Source: a virus (lineage: Duplodnaviria > Heunggongvirae > Uroviricota > Caudoviricetes). Taken from it: DNA of 64,000 nucleotides. The stretch lies in IMG/VR virus record IMGVR_UViG_3300025913_000018; one strand, written 5' to 3'. Shown here piece by piece: positions 59,996-64,000 of the stretch (within the stretch, counting starts at the first letter, position 1; each line of letters begins with the position of its first letter). Position numbers and translations under genes: made by a program. The notes below the pieces were generated by a model. It had not been told where the DNA came from, did not search any database, and was given only the letters and a program-made list of their open reading frames with translations.

Positions 59996-62696
59996 GTGTA
60001 TGGGAACGATTCGTCAGCGCCGGTTCGTGAGGGTCTCGTCGTGAGCAACGTGCTCCGCCGTTTCGCCTACACCGATCGACACACCGGCTCGGGACGCTTT
60101 CGGGAAAGCACTCCGTGCGACGCGTGCGGGAAGCCGATCGGAACGGCCTACTACACGGACGATGAAGTCTGCGGCGCGACGGACGGCCCCGGGTTCTTCC
60201 TGTGCGAGCGAGTCCGATGCGTGAAGGCTCGGGATCTTCCGGTCGAAGAGCGACGGTCGCTCTACGGTCGGGTTCGGGAAGCGGCTCGCGCCGCTCACGC
60301 CGAGAGAGTGGCTAGAGCGAGGAACTCATGACGACGATCATTCTGGAGAAGCGGGCGACCGACACGATGGCCTACATCGAGGGGAAGCGAGAGATGTGGG
60401 ACTGTGGGAAGACCTCGGACGAGGCGATCGGCCGTCTCGTCCGCACCCACGGCCCTCGACTCGGGATTCGGATCCAGGATCCGCCCGTGAAGGTCGAGCG
60501 CGATGCGGTCGACCTCGGGATCGGAGCGGTACCCCGGTGATCCGTCGGTACCTCACCGTGGGGGCGCTCCGGAAGGCGCTCGAAGGCGCGTCCGACGATC
60601 TCCCCGTCCTCGTGGCGGGAGGCCCGGATCACTCGTACCGAACGATGACCGGCTCCGGTGTCACCACCGTCGCGGTCTCACAGAATCGCGGTCGCGAGAG
60701 CTTCGCCGAATGGGCGGGCCCGGAGAACGCGAGCCCCGGCGAAAAGCCAGCTCCGGCCTTCGTGGTGGGAGGTTGAACATGAAGGCTTCAGCCATCTACT
60801 ACGTCGTGTCCCTCAACAACGTCGCCGTGGACGCGGTCGGAAGTCCCGGACCCCTCTACCTCACCTACTCTGGGAAGAATCCCGAGGCTCCCTATTCGGG
60901 GACGACCTCGAAGCGCGAGGAAGCCTTCTTGTTCGGGACCTCGGAACTCGCGCTGGTGGAAGCGCGGAAGGTCTCTCACGAGTTCAAGGTCTGGCGCGTC
61001 TTCACCGAGACGGAACTCGTCGTCGACTTCGGAACGAGGTCGACGCCATGAGGGTCTTCGTTATGCAGACCCGACCGGCGATCATGCCGAGGGTGAAGTG
61101 CGAGAAGTGCGGATCGGTCGCGGCCGAGCAACCCCTCGTCGGTCACTGTGGCTGGAACGAGATCTCGCGCGAAGATCTGAACGAGACCTTCGGCTACGAA
61201 CAGATGTGTGACCATCTGGTCGCCGCCTGCGTCCAGAACGTGGAGCCCGCAACATGAGCCGACAGATCTACCGCGTCCCCCTCGACTTCAACCATCCGCT
61301 CGAAGAGACCTGGCCCGGGTTCCTCGATTCGGGAATGGCGAAGTGCGCGAAGTGCCGCGCCCGACCGAAGGCCGGTTCCAACTTCGTTCGGAGAGAGGAC
61401 TGCCAGGAGTGCTTCGGGTACGGCCTAGTCGACGTCGATCCGCCCTCCGGGGAAGGATGGCAGGTCTGGGAGAAAGTGAGCGAGGGCTCTCCGGTCACTC
61501 CCGTCTTCCCGACGGCGGAAGCCCTCGCGAAGTACCTCTCGACGGTCGGGGACCTCTGGCATCAGAAGACCGATTGGCTTCGTCGGGAGCCCCTCCCGAC
61601 CTATCAGCAGGCGCTCGACTTCGTCCTCGAAGGCGGCTGCGGTGGGCTGACCATCGATGTCTCCCCCTCGTCCGTGACGGTGACGAAGGAGTATGGACAG
61701 ACGAGGAACTTCCAGCGATGATGATCGAGATCAACAAGACCAAGGGCTACCTCTTCGTCGAAGACGACTCTTCGCGGACGGTGGGTGTGATGATCACGGG
61801 GACGGGAGACGTTCTCCTCACCCGTCCCAGCGGAACCCCGGGACGAGTAACCTCGTTCCTCAAGATCGACCGCGAGACGGCTCGGGAGCTGGCCCGAGGG
61901 ATCCTGGAGCTGGTCGGTGAGGAAGACTCCTGAGGAGGGTCTTTCCGGCTGCCTAGGAGGCCCCGGGAGCCCTTCCGCCACCCCAGACCAGGTCGAGGCC
62001 GCTCGACGCTACTGCGAGTTCCAGGACGCCTATCCGGACGCGACGGGGTGCTTCTGGAAGCGGTGCGTGAAGGCCCGCCTTCCCTCTCTCCCAGAGCCGG
62101 GCCCGCTCCACCCCTACGTCGAGACGCCGTGTCATGACTGTCCCGGGAAAGGTCGAGAGCGCCTCGGCTTCATCGGAACCTTCTCGGAGGGTAAGTGATC
62201 CATGAGTACGAAGATCTACTACGGGTTCCGATTCCGGTTCCAGGACTTCTCTCGCGGCGTCGAGTTCCTCCGTTCTCGGATCTGGAACGGCGTCATGAAG
62301 CTCGCTTCCGAGTACGACTTCGTGGACTCAGTGACCGGGAGCGAGAACTTCGTGAGGGCCTACGGAGACGCGGGGCTCCATGTCTTCGTCGATCCGGACC
62401 GCGGATACACGAAGTATGTCTACGTGATCCCCTACGGACTTCCGCGTCTGATCGAGAAGATCGGTCGTCTCCCTCGATGGATCCAGGACTACGCCTACTG
62501 GAACAACACGGACCTACCTGAAGGAATGTCCGAGAAAAGATGGAAGGTTCGAGGGAAGACCTGGGACAGGGTCGCGCTCGACGACTCTCGGTGGGCGACG
62601 AACCGGATGACGATGGAGATCCTCTCGAACGCTCCGCACTGCCAGGTCGCCCTCATGAGATTCCTTCAGGAACGGAAACGGAAATCGAAGGTGTAG
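59996..62696 (+). CDS. Run of about 9 coupled small hypothetical genes (including 61254..61721 and 62202..62696)
   Basis: Start/stop overlaps; several CxxC motifs. Confidence 0.55.
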
Positions 62697-62718
62697 CCTT
62701 CGAGGTCTCGTTCGTTAC
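62691..62718 (+). promoter_or_regulatory. Class I motif GTGTAG-N16-CGTTAC
   Basis: Upstream hexamer is the Val-stop of 62202..62696. Confidence 0.75.
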
Positions 62719-62724
62719 TAGGTC

Positions 62725-63599
62725 ATGACGAAGACGTTCCAGCCGGGCGATGTGGTGGGTTCGAAGCGATGGCCGTACCAGGCGGCCCATCCCGACTGCT
62801 GGCAGAAGCCGCTCCAGGGCGTCGTCCTCCAGCAGGACGACCCTCGCGTGTGGGCCGGCTCGATCGCGTTCCCCGTCGCGAAGCCGAACCGAGCGAAGGT
62901 GAAGGCCCACGTCGCCCGTTGTCGGGCGGAGGGTCTCCTTCGAGAGATCCCGGTCCTCTGGACGTGCCCTCGTCAGGGCGGCGTCGAGTTGAAGGTTTGG
63001 TGGGAGAGTCCGGAGAAACTCCGCTCCTACGAAGACGACTGCGCGGAGTGGGCGACCGCCCGTGATAACGAGAGGGCCCGGTACGAGGGCTCGAAGAAGG
63101 CAGCATGAGCGTCGCAATCCTCTACAGCCCCTGCTACGGGGGCGGTTGGTCGTCCGAACACAGCGGCTCCGACGAAGAGCGCTTGTTCCTCCTCACCTAC
63201 CCTGGGTTCATCGAGGCCCTCGATCGTCAACGCCTCCACAACGAGGCCGAAGATCAGTTCGCCTACCGTCGCCCTCGGACCCCGGCCGACTACGAGCGGA
63301 AGGATCCGATCGAGATGGTCGAGGCGAGTCTGGCCGCCGAGGCGGCGATGCGGGACTTCGCCCCCGATTTCGCGGACATGTACGACGCGGACTTCTTCCG
63401 TCGTCTCCAGTACGAGCTGGTGCTCGCGGTCCCGAAGTTCCTGAGCGACTGGAAGGAGAAGTTCCCCGGGCGCGACTACCTCCCGCTCAGCGGTCTCGAT
63501 GAGCTGAAGATCGGGGCGGTCTCGGATCTCTCGACGCTCCACATCGAGTGCCACGATGGGGCGGAACGGATCGGCTACCGGCGAGGGATTTGGGAGTAA
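62725..63599 (+). CDS. Two hypothetical genes (62725..63108 and 63105..63599)
   Basis: ATGA overlap. Confidence 0.6.
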
Positions 63600-63609
63600 G
63601 TCTCTCGTA

Positions 63610-64000
63610 GTGTCCGAGACCTCCGAGCCTCCTTCGAAGCCGAAGCCGACTCACCACGAGGTGAAGGCGAAGAAGTCCATGGAGGGATCCCTCCATGGAG
63701 GACGCGTCCGCGCCGGACATCGTGCGACGCTCTTCGGGATTCTCGGGGAACGCTACATGGTTCCGATCCGGAGCGCCGGGAGGCGCTTCTTCATGATCGG
63801 CAGCTTCCCGTATCGCTCTGCGATCGAGAAGGTCGCTCACTTCTCGAAGATCGCCGACGGGGCGGATCGTGCCCCAACCCGAGAGAACTATCGAGAGTGG
63901 GCGGACGAGTTCAACCAGGGTCGGGTGAAGCCTACGATTCAGATCGCGGCGACCGACGACAACATCAACGTCCGAACGTTCATGGCCCTGATCGGCGGAG
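63610..64000 (+). CDS. Hypothetical protein running off the right edge
   Basis: Open frame from GTG 63610 to the window end, GAGTAA 10 nt upstream. Confidence 0.45.
   Translation, partial: MSETSEPPSKPKPTHHEVKAKKSMEGSLHGGRVRAGHRATLFGILGERYMVPIRSAGRRFFMIGSFPYRSAIEKVAHFSKIADGADRAPTRENYREWADEFNQGRVKPTIQIAATDDNINVRTFMALIGG

Larger units (their letters stand above)
1..64000. mobile_element. Accessory region of a large dsDNA bacteriophage genome (probable jumbo phage)
   Basis: Well over 100 small ORFs with overlapping start/stop codons and no host operons. Gene set typical of large phages (Pth2, macrodomain, VWA, MoxR-like AAA+, R2K ATP-grasp, AlkB, sigma factor) plus repeated private promoter-like motifs. 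Confidence 0.8.

Noticed and set aside
1-64000. CRISPR array, DGR, retron, transposase or integrase
   Set aside because: No equal-length repeat-spacer series, reverse transcriptase, Cas, DDE or tyrosine/serine recombinase motifs seen. The class I motifs are separated by whole genes, not spacers.
1-64000. Many long Arg/Pro/Gly-rich ORFs in the track (for example 1508..2296-, 30097..31470-, 31519..32706-, 37859..38839-, 50548..51504-)
   Set aside because: Shadow frames of GC-rich genes: they lie antisense or out of frame to better ORFs and have low-complexity composition.
1-64000. Stop-codon reassignment
   Set aside because: Recognisable genes (Pth2, AlkB, VWA, phosphoesterase, AAA+) are complete under the standard code, and all three stop codons end genes.

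Overview
GC-rich window packed with short, mostly hypothetical ORFs. It has no host housekeeping operons, rRNA, CRISPR array, transposase or core virion module, and is best read as the accessory region of a large (jumbo-type) dsDNA phage. A myxobacterial-type ribbon-helix-helix gene tentatively points to a Myxococcota-like host. Recognisable genes: J-domain/kinase fusion (truncated at the left edge), AAA_28 kinase, AlkB dioxygenase, two minimal nucleotidyltransferases, ECF-like sigma factor, MoxR/CbbQ-like AAA+ ATPase, macrodomain, Pth2 peptidyl-tRNA hydrolase, VWA protein, R2K ATP-grasp, metallophosphoesterase and two ribosomal L7/L12-CTD-like proteins. The strongest unexplained structure is regulatory. 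(1) A bipartite motif GTGTAR-N16-CGTTA(C/G) occurs 23 times, heads gene cassettes that diverge from about 28.9 kb, and often doubles as the Val-stop of the upstream gene. (2) GCGTAA (more loosely GNGTAA) sits 7-10 nt before many start codons, including as palindromes between tightly spaced divergent genes, which suggests leaderless transcripts. (3) Two partly homologous non-coding islands in inverted orientation bracket the 22-34 kb block, which also holds a tRNA-like element and a second structured RNA candidate. All family assignments come from motifs recognised by eye; no searches were run.
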